Shown here piece after piece: positions 36,635 to 45,518 of a DNA stretch of 64,000 nucleotides. Origin of the DNA: an uncultured Victivallales bacterium (GTDB lineage Bacteria > Verrucomicrobiota > Lentisphaeria > Victivallales > UBA1829); the NCBI GenBank assembly GCA_944389445.1, contig CALXMJ010000293.1, positions 912 through 64,911 of the forward strand, read 5' to 3'. The notes under the pieces were generated by a model. It saw only the letters and a list, made by a program, of their open reading frames with translations. It was not told the origin of the DNA and did no database searches. Within the stretch, counting starts at the first letter, position 1. Each line of letters begins with the position of its first letter. The translations under genes and the position numbers were made by a program.

Positions 36635-37660
36635 TTAGATAACTGCTCCATCCGGACAACAGACAAGTTCCGCAGGAACGGAAACATCCCCGACACTCGT
36701 TTCTCCGTTCATTTTCCGTTTCAGAAGAGCGATCGCTTCCCGTACTTCTTTTTTCCGGTTGGCACGGATGAAATATCCAGTCCAGTCATGGGCTGTATCG
36801 GGGAGAATATGATAGAGCCATAGAATTCTCCGTGCCCGATCCTCTCCGTACAATTCTGTTACGACACCCCGGAAAAGATCCAGCATATCGGGATGGAGCA
36901 GAATCCAGTCCGGACATTGCCCGGCAAAGAGTTGCCGCAGCAGTTCCGCAGTGACGGTGTTTTCGGAAAGCTCTTCTGTTCCGGGAAAGCGGGTTAATCC
37001 GGTTCGTTTATTCAAACTCATGGACAGGTATCCCTCCGGGGATGAAATATTCCACACGGAAATATTCCGGTCGCGTCCTGTAATCCGGAACAGTTTTTCG
37101 ATGCAGGCATCCAGATCGGAAACGACATTGGTCACTCCGTCACAGTAAACTCCCAGATTGACCAGCGGAAGAAGTTCGTTTGCTGTCTGCAGTACAAAAC
37201 TGGGCGTTCCGAACGTCAGAAGCGCATCCAGATAGTTGTAGCGGATCGTTGTCTGGACATCTTCCGGAGTAAGCATTGTAGCAGTCACATTCCGTACATT
37301 CCAGTCGGTATGATAAAGTTCGCTGAAAAAACAGGCCAGCTCTCCCTGAATCGCTCTGGAATAGAAAAACTGATTGCAGTTCTGGATCATCAATCCCACC
37401 AGCGTGGCCTGCTCATGCAGAAAGAATGTTTTTTTCGGATTGATAAATGTTCCGCTCCCTTTCCGGGTGACCAGGACTCCTTCTGCCGTCAGCTGTTCCA
37501 GGGCGATCCGTACCGAAGAACGCGCAATTCCGAATTCCCGGGCAAGCTCATTCGAAGATGGAATCCGGACCGCCTGATTGCCAGTCCGGAACCGGATCGA
37601 CATTACCCGGTGCCATATTTTCTGCACATCCGAAATTGTCTGCATGGAGCGTTGCCGCAT
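36635..37660 (-). CDS. GntR-type winged-helix regulator with sugar-binding-like effector domain
   Basis: IPSSNELAREFGIARSSVRIALEQLTAEGVLVTRKGSGTFI. AAGGAG RBS before the ATG at 37660. Confidence 0.85.
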   Translation of the reverse strand: MRQRSMQTISDVQKIWHRVMSIRFRTGNQAVRIPSSNELAREFGIARSSVRIALEQLTAEGVLVTRKGSGTFINPKKTFFLHEQATLVGLMIQNCNQFFYSRAIQGELACFFSELYHTDWNVRNVTATMLTPEDVQTTIRYNYLDALLTFGTPSFVLQTANELLPLVNLGVYCDGVTNVVSDLDACIEKLFRITGRDRNISVWNISSPEGYLSMSLNKRTGLTRFPGTEELSENTVTAELLRQLFAGQCPDWILLHPDMLDLFRGVVTELYGEDRARRILWLYHILPDTAHDWTGYFIRANRKKEVREAIALLKRKMNGETSVGDVSVPAELVCCPDGAVI

Positions 37661-37701
37661 AAAAACTCCTTATTTCCGCCAAGTACTAGCCAACTTTTAT
37701 C

Positions 37702-37730
37702 ATTATAACACAAAACCGAAAAAAAGTCAA
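37702..37730 (-). promoter_or_regulatory. sigma70-type promoter TTGACT-N17-TATAAT (with TGT extended -10) for the GntR-pseudopilin-giant operon
   Basis: The minus strand reads TTGACTttttttcggttttgtgtTATAAT. The predicted leader to the ATG at 37660 is ~35 nt. Confidence 0.6.
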
Positions 37731-38019
37731 GATGGTGACTCGACAAAAATCTTTTTTTTTCGAGATGCGGATTGAAAAAAACGATGTCGCTCGTTCTTTA
37801 TTTAAACGGAATTTTACATTTTGTCAGCTTCCGTGAAGTGCCTTGCGACCTTATTTACTTCATGAGGAAATCTTCATGAGGGAGAAGAGCGGCCAGCCGG
37901 ATTTTGCTCCCGGTTTTCTCTCTGGAACGGAACAATGTATTTCTGTACAGGAAAGCAGATCGGAAAGAACTGCTTTCCTGATTTATGTTTTTTCGACGGA
38001 AAAGATTTTCCCGTTTTCT

Positions 38020-39954
38020 CTAAACTTCCCGATCGAATGCCGGATCGTGCTTTTTGTGCTGAATTTTCAGGGATTTGATTCGTTTCAGCAGTTTGTCGTC
38101 GATCCGGTCCGGAGCTCCGTTCGGATTCAGATGGATGAATCCGATTTCGCTGAAGTGGTAACATTCCTGATTGTCCGCCGGCCAGCCGAAATAATAAGGG
38201 ATGGGAACGCCCTTTTCCATCATGGTTTTCAGTTTGCTGAAATAGGTTTTGCTGATATCGCGGGGGAATGCGTTTTCCTCCCGGCAGATGCTTGCCGCCA
38301 TGCCGATGACTTCTCCGAGAATTCCCAGAGTCCGCATGACCCGGACACATGAGAATGCGACATGCGATGTGCTGATATGGCGTCCGCCGAGGAAAAGATT
38401 TTTCACGTCGCGCGCATACAGACAGCGATACGGGACCTGAAAAGTCCGTCCGACTCCGCGATGGTACGCGCAGGAACGGAACGGTTCTCCGAAGAGTTCC
38501 TCGTTTTCCGGGTCCGGATAATGCAGATCAATGCTCCAGGTTCCGCCGCCGGTGCCGTCTTCCGGACGGTCCGTCCGTTCGATGTCATGCTGGGTCATGA
38601 TGTAGTCGCCCACTACACGGTAGCTTTCCCGTTTGCCGCCGATCGCGGAGACCCAGACCAGCTCTTTGTTCGCCCATTCTTCCCGGCGTGCGGAATGATT
38701 CTTCAGATATGACCAGTTGGCAAAGATTGTCATATGCCCGTAATCGCGGATGTATTCCGCATCGTCCGCCTGGTCGCGGTACTGTCCCGACTCCCACTCC
38801 CAGTAGCCGCTGTCCAGATAGTAGACGCGTTTTTCGTCGAAAGGGATTCCCCAGTCGATATCGGGGAAGGGGGATGGATGTTCCGTTTTCCGGGATTTCC
38901 AGAGGACGGAATGTCCCATCACCTGATGCTTTTCCTCTTCCGGCGCAAGAGATTCGTTGAATTTTGCGCGTCCCTCTGTTCCGTACATGACCTCCGCTCC
39001 CGCCATGCGTGCAATGACGGCGTCGCCGGTACAGTCGGCGAAGAGTGTTCCGTGGAAGCGGGTTTCCCTGCCGGTCATCGTATTCCGGGAGATGACCGCC
39101 GTGATTCGCGACGGGTCAGACGCCGCCTTTTCAATTCCGATCACAGACTCGTTCAGAAGAACTTTGCAGCGGTCTTCCGAATGGAGCTTGAAGACATGTT
39201 CCTTGCGATAGTCTTCATACTCTTCGGCGGGTGCGATATAGGGTCCGCCGATGATAGGTCCGAATTCATCAAGTGTTCTGCCGAGATTCGGATAGCACTC
39301 TGTATGGGCGAGTCCGCCGAGAACCACGCGGATCTCCGAACTGTTGCAGCCTCCGAGAACCGGCCGGTCCTGAAGAAGAAGCACTTTTGAGCCTGTCCGG
39401 GTTGCGGCAAGAGCGGTGCAGATTCCGGCAACTCCGCCGCCGGCAACGATCAGATCATAATGAGCGGGGTCATCCTGACAGACAATTCCGCTTTTTTCCC
39501 TCCGGAAAACCTCCAGCTCCTTTCCTTCGCCGGGAGGAATTTCTTCCGGATCGGTTGTCAGGTAGAGGGCGTCGCAGCGGCCGTTGAATCCGCTCAGATC
39601 ATGGAGGGCGATGTTCACGTCTCCGGCCTTTAAATCGGCGGAGCCTGCTTTCTGCCATGCCCATCTGCTGCCGTTTGTGCCCAGAATCCGCGGCAGGGGT
39701 TCGCCGTTGATTTTCACCTGGAAGATGCCCGCCGGAGTTCCGCGTTTCCAGACGGCAGTCCAGTCGCGGGTTCGCACCCAGACGATCCATTTTCCCGTTT
39801 CCGGAATCGAGCAGACCGTCTCCGCGTCCTTTACAGGAACGCCCATTCCGTGAGCCATCACATACGAGGACCCCATTTGGAGTATGGACCGGGTATCGAC
39901 CACCCATCCGCCCAGAGAGCGGAAGGATTCCGCCTCAAGAAAAACAGACGCCAT
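38020..39954 (-). CDS. FAD-dependent oxidoreductase (FAD_oxidored-type) with N-terminal beta-sandwich module
   Basis: YDLIVAGGGVAGICTALAATRTGSKVLLLQDRPVLGG dinucleotide-binding motif. N-terminal 145 aa: VFLEAESFRSLGGWVV...WVRTRDW...VKINGE...WAWQKA...LYLTTD. No signal peptide. Confidence 0.85.
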   Translation of the reverse strand: MASVFLEAESFRSLGGWVVDTRSILQMGSSYVMAHGMGVPVKDAETVCSIPETGKWIVWVRTRDWTAVWKRGTPAGIFQVKINGEPLPRILGTNGSRWAWQKAGSADLKAGDVNIALHDLSGFNGRCDALYLTTDPEEIPPGEGKELEVFRREKSGIVCQDDPAHYDLIVAGGGVAGICTALAATRTGSKVLLLQDRPVLGGCNSSEIRVVLGGLAHTECYPNLGRTLDEFGPIIGGPYIAPAEEYEDYRKEHVFKLHSEDRCKVLLNESVIGIEKAASDPSRITAVISRNTMTGRETRFHGTLFADCTGDAVIARMAGAEVMYGTEGRAKFNESLAPEEEKHQVMGHSVLWKSRKTEHPSPFPDIDWGIPFDEKRVYYLDSGYWEWESGQYRDQADDAEYIRDYGHMTIFANWSYLKNHSARREEWANKELVWVSAIGGKRESYRVVGDYIMTQHDIERTDRPEDGTGGGTWSIDLHYPDPENEELFGEPFRSCAYHRGVGRTFQVPYRCLYARDVKNLFLGGRHISTSHVAFSCVRVMRTLGILGEVIGMAASICREENAFPRDISKTYFSKLKTMMEKGVPIPYYFGWPADNQECYHFSEIGFIHLNPNGAPDRIDDKLLKRIKSLKIQHKKHDPAFDREV

Positions 39955-39978
39955 TTTTACACCTTTCCTGTTGGATTG

Positions 39979-40746
39979 TTATGAAAACTTCCGGGAAATT
40001 TTAGCCGCGCTTTCCCGGACCATTTCCCCGCAGCGGAGCAGAGTTCGGGAGTCGAGGCGCGATGCCGGTCCGCTGATCCAGATTGCAGCGACCGGATAAC
40101 CCGTGTGATTTATGATAGGTGCGCCCGCACAGCGGATCTCTTCCAGCTCTTCGCCCCGGTCCAGAGAATAACCGTTTTTGCGGATCGTGTTCAGTTCGGT
40201 TTCAAATGAATTGCGGTCCGTGATGGTCTGTCCGGTGAATCTGGTGAACCGGATCCCGTCCACCAGGCGTTTCCGTTCTTCTTCGGGAAGATATGCCAGA
40301 ATCGCTTTCGCAGGAGCCGCCGTGTGCAGAGGAAAATGGTGACCGATCCGCACTGAAACCTTGACCGCCTGCGAGGAGACGGCTTCTTCAATGACGATCC
40401 CTTCGTTTCCGTACAGAACGGCAAGAAGAACCGTTTCTCCGCTCCGGTCGCGCAGTTCCCTCATCGGTCCGATGGATTTTTCCGCAATGCCGTGCTCATC
40501 GACGGTCTTATAAGCGAGAGTGAGAAGTTTTCGTCCCAGCCGGTAACGGTCCCCCTCCTCGCGGACGATATAACCGAGTTCCGAAAGCGTCACAAGCATC
40601 CGATAGAGGCTGGCCGGAGGCAATTCCAGCGGAGACATCTCCGGCATCGTCAGTCCGTTTGGAGAGGCAGAGAGCAGTTCAAGGATCCGGATTCCCCGTT
40701 CCAATGCCGGAACCATGTACTTGTTCTTTTCGGAATCCCGTTTCAT
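39979..40746 (-). CDS. IclR family transcriptional regulator
   Basis: VPALERGIRILELLSASPNGLTMPEMS HTH plus an IclR effector domain. Confidence 0.9.
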   Translation of the reverse strand: MKRDSEKNKYMVPALERGIRILELLSASPNGLTMPEMSPLELPPASLYRMLVTLSELGYIVREEGDRYRLGRKLLTLAYKTVDEHGIAEKSIGPMRELRDRSGETVLLAVLYGNEGIVIEEAVSSQAVKVSVRIGHHFPLHTAAPAKAILAYLPEEERKRLVDGIRFTRFTGQTITDRNSFETELNTIRKNGYSLDRGEELEEIRCAGAPIINHTGYPVAAIWISGPASRLDSRTLLRCGEMVRESAAKISRKFS

Positions 40747-40800
40747 GAATTCATCCTTTCGTTTCTTTCATTTTCTATAAGATATCATATATAAAATACT

Positions 40801-40828
40801 ATTTCAAGAATGAAATATATTTTTTCAT
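40801..40828. promoter_or_regulatory. overlapping inverted repeats with GAAAT/ATTTC half-sites, candidate IclR operator
   Basis: ATTTCA-agaa-TGAAAT at 40801-40816 and ATGAAA-N7-TTTCAT at 40810-40828, in the divergent IclR/sialidase-like intergenic region. The half-sites resemble the E. coli IclR box TGGAAAT-N-ATTTCCA. Confidence 0.35.
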
Positions 40829-40987
40829 GAAAATACGAAAGAAAAACTCCTCCTTTCCGTATTCCCTGTTTTGACAATGCTGATTCCGGATGTAATGTAC
40901 TGCGCCGAATGGAATGATTTGTTCAAGGTAAAATCCACTGCATCTGTTTTCCTTTTGGCGGATGCATAATTCAGGAGAGACTGAAAG

Positions 40988-42484
40988 ATGTGTGCAGAGA
41001 ATTCGTTTCTGCCTCCCGGGGCAGTCGGGTTGATTCCGGACGAAATGTCGATTGCATCGGGCTTGCCGGAAAAAAACGTTGCTGGAGTTGATTCCGTTCA
41101 ATATCCGGCGTGGTCTTTTTCCGGGGAAACGACAGGGGAATCTGTTGTCGGGACCGTTGCCGCTTTGCCCGGCGGATGCCGGGGGGTAAAGGTGGAAATC
41201 GTTATCGCTACGGACTTGAAATGCGGTTCGGAGCGGGAAGCGGTCTTCCGGGTTTATCTCTCGCAGAGGACCGGGAAAGCGGAACTTGCGCAGGAGGAAA
41301 CAAATGGAATGCCGGTCCGGGTTCCGCTTGCCGCAAACGGAGAGAGCACTCGGACGATTGGACTGGAATCGTATTATGCAGCCGATGCGGAACTTCCGCT
41401 GAAAATTCGGATCGAACGTTGTTCCGGGGATCCCGCCGATACCTTTGCCGGACCGGTTTATCTGCTTTCTGTTCGGGTTCTGCCGGTTGAAACCGCGGAT
41501 AAAACGTATGTCGTCCAGGATACGCCGGGATACAACTCCTGGCCGATGATTCAGGCAATCGGTGAAACGCTGGTTTGTGTTTACAGCCGGGGAAAAGGAC
41601 ACGATATCGGGGAAGGGTGCCGCGGAGTCTATGCAAGGACTTCTTCCGATGGGGGAAAATCATGGACTCCGGAAACGGTCGTTTCGAATCAGCCGGACTA
41701 TGGTGAGGTCACCATCGGAAAGGGACTGGATGGCGATGGCGCGATGCTTCTCTGGGTCCGTTGCTGCGGCCCCGTGTGGCATCACGATCTCTATCGTTCC
41801 ACGGATGGCGTAAACTTTTCCCGGATCGCAACTCCGGCACTGGATCCGATGCCCATGCAGATTACGGATATTTTTCCTATTCCTGAGGTCGGGCTCATGG
41901 CTCTCTGGTTTGCGGGAAATTACAGGGATGATGAATTGAATTCCTGGGGAACGCTGGTCAGCTGCGACAACGGCGCAACGTGGAAGCAGAATGTCATCGA
42001 ATCGAAATTGCCGAAATCGGAATGGCCTACGGAGCCCTCTGCGGTTTATCTCGGGAATGGCAGAATTCTTGTCATCGCGAGAACCGAGTGTCCCGAGGAA
42101 TCCACTGTCAGGGCTCAATTCCAGCTTGAATCCGCTGATTTCGGAAAAACATGGACCCGGTCACGCACCAATATCGGAGATGTCAATCTGTCCACTCCCT
42201 CTTTGATGCTTGATCCGGAAACGGGATTCCTTTCCAACTATTATTATCATCGCGGAACAGGCGTTCTCAAGAGACGTGTCACGACTCCGGAGCGGATTTG
42301 GGGAAATCCGCTCGCATGGCCTGATCCGGAACCGGTCGCCCTTGCGAGCGCGGTCTTCCTCGATGCCGGAAATGTTAACGTGACGGCTGTTCATTCCATG
42401 CATTTTGCCGCCTATTATTCCGGAAAGGCCCCCGATACCGCTGTCGTTGTATCTGCCATTCCCGCTCCGACTGCGTTGAAGTAA
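40988..42484 (+). CDS. BNR/Asp-box repeat sialidase-like (GH33-like) beta-propeller protein, no signal peptide
   Basis: Four Asp-boxes: SSDGGKSW, STDGVNFS, SCDNGATW, SADFGKTW. AGGAGAG RBS before the ATG at 40988. The N-terminal ~170 aa form an extra domain. Confidence 0.8.
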   Translation: MCAENSFLPPGAVGLIPDEMSIASGLPEKNVAGVDSVQYPAWSFSGETTGESVVGTVAALPGGCRGVKVEIVIATDLKCGSEREAVFRVYLSQRTGKAELAQEETNGMPVRVPLAANGESTRTIGLESYYAADAELPLKIRIERCSGDPADTFAGPVYLLSVRVLPVETADKTYVVQDTPGYNSWPMIQAIGETLVCVYSRGKGHDIGEGCRGVYARTSSDGGKSWTPETVVSNQPDYGEVTIGKGLDGDGAMLLWVRCCGPVWHHDLYRSTDGVNFSRIATPALDPMPMQITDIFPIPEVGLMALWFAGNYRDDELNSWGTLVSCDNGATWKQNVIESKLPKSEWPTEPSAVYLGNGRILVIARTECPEESTVRAQFQLESADFGKTWTRSRTNIGDVNLSTPSLMLDPETGFLSNYYYHRGTGVLKRRVTTPERIWGNPLAWPDPEPVALASAVFLDAGNVNVTAVHSMHFAAYYSGKAPDTAVVVSAIPAPTALK

Positions 42485-42504
42485 GCAGAATTCGGGAATG
42501 GAAA

Positions 42505-42547
42505 ACCCCGACGGCGTGTTCCTTTTCGTCATCGGGGTGTTTTTTTA
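42505..42547 (+). terminator. Rho-independent terminator after the sialidase-like gene
   Basis: ACCCCGA...TCGGGGT stem followed by GTTTTTTTAT. Confidence 0.6.
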
Positions 42548-42686
42548 TGTTTTGAGTTGTTGTTCGGGGGAGGCGAGTTCCGCGTCCGGCGGCCGGCTTG
42601 TTCAGCTGGACCGAAGCAGGTCACGGACCTGCACCGAGCCTGCGGTTCCTGCCTTGCCCCTGCGGGCGGCTATTGGCGCTTCGCGA

Positions 42687-43448
42687 TTATTCCAAGTATT
42701 CTCGGAAGAGTTTTGCCGCGAGATCCAGTTCGCGTTCCGGATTTTTTGTCAGGAATTCCATGCCGATGTATCCGTGATACTTGTCGTCGGGAACGGCTTT
42801 GAAGAATGCTTTATAGTCGATGGCGCCATTCTTTGAGGGGAAAGCGCGTCCTTCCAGTCCGGCGACATGGAAATGGGCGATATATGGAAGTTTGTCTTCC
42901 AGGTTTTTCATGGGATCGCAGCCGCTTTTGCGCATGTGATAGATGTCGTACAGGATTTTGAAATCAGGACTGTTCAGCTGACGCGCCAGTTCGAATCCGA
43001 ATTGTTCGGAATCCGCCTGATAATCCTTGTGATCCTCTCCGTTCAGCATTTCGAAGAGGAGTTTGACTCCGGAGCCTTGCATTTTTTCCAGAAGGGCACC
43101 GAATGCTTCCAGACAGTTTCCGAATCCTTCCTCGTAACTCATTCCGCAGGCGTTGCCGCTGAAAACGATGATGTAGGGAATACGGTTTCGGATCGCCTGT
43201 TCGGTCAAGGAGAGGATTTCCGAGGTGAGTGTTTCGCGGTTTTCCTTGCGGTTGAATCCGTCTGTCATTCCCGGACCGGAAATGTTGACGATTTCGAGTC
43301 CGGCATTCAAGGCGTCGCTCTGACGTTCCGGCGCAACCATTTCGGCACCGTCGTATCCCATTTTTCTGAGGTTCCGGTAGAAGGATGCGGGATCGTTTCC
43401 CGCCGGAAAGAAGCACCAGTCCGGTGCGCTCAGTTTCAACTGTTTCAT
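42687..43448 (-). CDS. sugar phosphate isomerase/epimerase (hydroxypyruvate-isomerase-like TIM barrel)
   Basis: MKQLKLSAPDWCFF...GYDGAEMV...LLFEMLN...HFHVAG. The ATG at 43448 overlaps the upstream stop (TGATG). The 59-codon track extension is rejected. Confidence 0.85.
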   Translation of the reverse strand: MKQLKLSAPDWCFFPAGNDPASFYRNLRKMGYDGAEMVAPERQSDALNAGLEIVNISGPGMTDGFNRKENRETLTSEILSLTEQAIRNRIPYIIVFSGNACGMSYEEGFGNCLEAFGALLEKMQGSGVKLLFEMLNGEDHKDYQADSEQFGFELARQLNSPDFKILYDIYHMRKSGCDPMKNLEDKLPYIAHFHVAGLEGRAFPSKNGAIDYKAFFKAVPDDKYHGYIGMEFLTKNPERELDLAAKLFREYLE

Positions 43449-44446
43449 CAGAAGTTCTCCCAGTTTACGATCATTCCCATGATTTGATTGCGCTCTTCGC
43501 AGCAGATTCGATAAATTTCTTCCGGATGATCCGGCCGGAAGCGATGGGTTACCATGCCGTCCACAACGATTCGCCGATCCAGACACATCTGGAAGAAAAG
43601 CGGAGCGATGATATCCTCGTTCCATTCCGGGGTATCCTGCGGATCATGTGCGCCGACAATCGTCAGTCCACGGGTGATGACTTCGCCGCAGAGACGCTGT
43701 TCCTCCGGTGTTCCCGTATCGGTCATCAGCACGAGCTTGCCGAACTTCCCGACCGCCTTCAGTGCACTTTGGAATACGGACGCAGAGCCGGTTGATTCGA
43801 CCACAACATCGGGCAGCCGGCCTCCGCACAGATCGGTCAGTTCCGCATAGACTTCCTCCCCGACCGGTTTTGCGATCGTGATGAAATTCCCCGCATTCCG
43901 GAAGAAGCGAAGGCGGTCCGCAACCGGATCAATCACAATGACTTTCGCCGTTCCGGAGGCATACGCCCAGCGGGCGGAGAACTGTCCGATCAATCCAGCG
44001 CCGACAACTGCGACGGAATCTCCGAGCTTGTATTTGGCAACATGCGCTCCCATTGCCGTGATTTTGGCAAACGCAAACCAGAGGGAGTTTTCAAAGGAGA
44101 TTCCTTCCGGAATCCGATGGCATTGATGCACTGGAACAATGGAAAGTGTGGCATGGGATCCGCGCGTAATCACCCGGTCTCCGACCTTTACTTTCGTCAC
44201 CCCGGGACCAATCGCTTCCACATAGCCCGCGGCGGAATATCCGGGAATGAACGGATATTTCACCCAGTTGTCCCAATGATTTCCCGCCGTAAACGCGCGG
44301 CGGAACACGATCCCCTCCGTTCCAGGACTGATCATACTCATCACGGTCCTTACGGCGACCTCGTTCTCCCCGGGGACTCCCGGTTCGAAGGTCTGCAATT
44401 CCACCGCGTTTTTCCCTGTGAACGCGAATCTTTTTTCTTTCGCCAT
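43448..44446 (-). CDS. medium-chain dehydrogenase/reductase (sorbitol/threonine-dehydrogenase-like); zinc-ligand positions not conserved
   Basis: GroES-like N-terminus and Rossmann motif VAVVGAGLIGQF. The usual C...GHE zinc ligands read SMISPGTE and PGYSAAG. AGGAGG RBS. Confidence 0.8.
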   Translation of the reverse strand: MAKEKRFAFTGKNAVELQTFEPGVPGENEVAVRTVMSMISPGTEGIVFRRAFTAGNHWDNWVKYPFIPGYSAAGYVEAIGPGVTKVKVGDRVITRGSHATLSIVPVHQCHRIPEGISFENSLWFAFAKITAMGAHVAKYKLGDSVAVVGAGLIGQFSARWAYASGTAKVIVIDPVADRLRFFRNAGNFITIAKPVGEEVYAELTDLCGGRLPDVVVESTGSASVFQSALKAVGKFGKLVLMTDTGTPEEQRLCGEVITRGLTIVGAHDPQDTPEWNEDIIAPLFFQMCLDRRIVVDGMVTHRFRPDHPEEIYRICCEERNQIMGMIVNWENF

Positions 44447-44625
44447 GCGGCGCCTCCTTTTTTGGGATTACGTTTAATAATTTGTTATACTCGAATGAAA
44501 GGAGTGAGTGCAAATTCCATTTTTCATTCGGCGTTTCTCTGATTTTCTTTCTGAAACTTAGTGATAATATATTGCAATAATCACTTCAGTCAATATAGTA
44601 TGACATACCAATAATTCCTGAAGAT

Positions 44626-45462
44626 ATGGATAAAATGACTATGATGCAATTCAGACTGTATTACGAGCCCGAAATAGAACCGGCGGGACAATTCCGGATT
44701 CATTCGCTGGGACTTCATGAACGGATGCCGCCGCAGCTTCTCCGTTTTACGACGGAAGGTTCCCGGATTCTTCTGATGTTTTTTCATACCAGGGCATTTT
44801 TCAATTCCGGAGAGAAAGACGAATGCGAGTGCGGAAAACAGTTTATCATCTGGTCGCCGGAACGTGTCCGCATGTACGGGAATCCCGGAGAAGCGTGGGA
44901 TCATTCCTGGATGGTGGCGGAAGGGCCTGCGCTGGAGCGTGCTCTTGCGGTGCACCGTCTTTCTCTGAATCATCCGGTGGATGCCAATGCGGAGGCGGTT
45001 TTTGAGCATTATCTCTCCTGTCTGCTGGACGAACTCGGCTCCCAGCAGAAGCAGGATGAGTATGTACTGGAGCATCTGACGGATCTTTTCCTTTACGAAC
45101 TCGGGCGTTTGATCCGGACTTCCGGGCGACGGATTCCGGAACCGGTTGCGCAGGCGGAGGAGTTTATGTGGAAGAATCTGAACAGACCGCTGGATCTTGC
45201 GGAGATCGCCGCATCTGTTTCGCTGTCTGTTTCCCGTTTTACGGCTCTGTTCCGGGAGTATCATGGGGAGTCGCCGATGCGCTATCTTACCGGAAAGCGG
45301 ATGACTCTCGCGGCGGAAATGCTGAAGTATCACAATACCTCGTGCAAGCAGATCGCGGCGGCGACCGGATATTCCGATCAGCTTCATTTTTCACGCCGTT
45401 TCCGTCAGTTCTGGGGAGTCTCCCCGACGGAATACCGGGAGTCCTCCGGAAACGTGAAATAA
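44626..45462 (+). CDS. AraC family transcriptional regulator
   Basis: LDLAEIAASVSLSVSRFTALFREYHGESPMRYLTGKRMTLAAEML...IAAATGYSDQLHFSRRFRQFWGVSPTEYR. Confidence 0.9.
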   Translation: MDKMTMMQFRLYYEPEIEPAGQFRIHSLGLHERMPPQLLRFTTEGSRILLMFFHTRAFFNSGEKDECECGKQFIIWSPERVRMYGNPGEAWDHSWMVAEGPALERALAVHRLSLNHPVDANAEAVFEHYLSCLLDELGSQQKQDEYVLEHLTDLFLYELGRLIRTSGRRIPEPVAQAEEFMWKNLNRPLDLAEIAASVSLSVSRFTALFREYHGESPMRYLTGKRMTLAAEMLKYHNTSCKQIAAATGYSDQLHFSRRFRQFWGVSPTEYRESSGNVK

Positions 45463-45518
45463 CGGATTTCCGCGAAACAGGGGGATGGCGCCTTTGCCGT
45501 CGAAGTGCGGGAAATGGT

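Noticed and set aside
37948-37993. Strong 11-bp hairpin CAGGAAAGCAG/CTGCTTTCCTG followed by a T-run on the plus strand, downstream of the minus-strand FAD oxidoreductase.
   Set aside because: The T-run is on the wrong strand for the only gene that ends here, and no plus-strand gene or convincing promoter lies upstream. A small plus-strand RNA cannot be supported from sequence alone.
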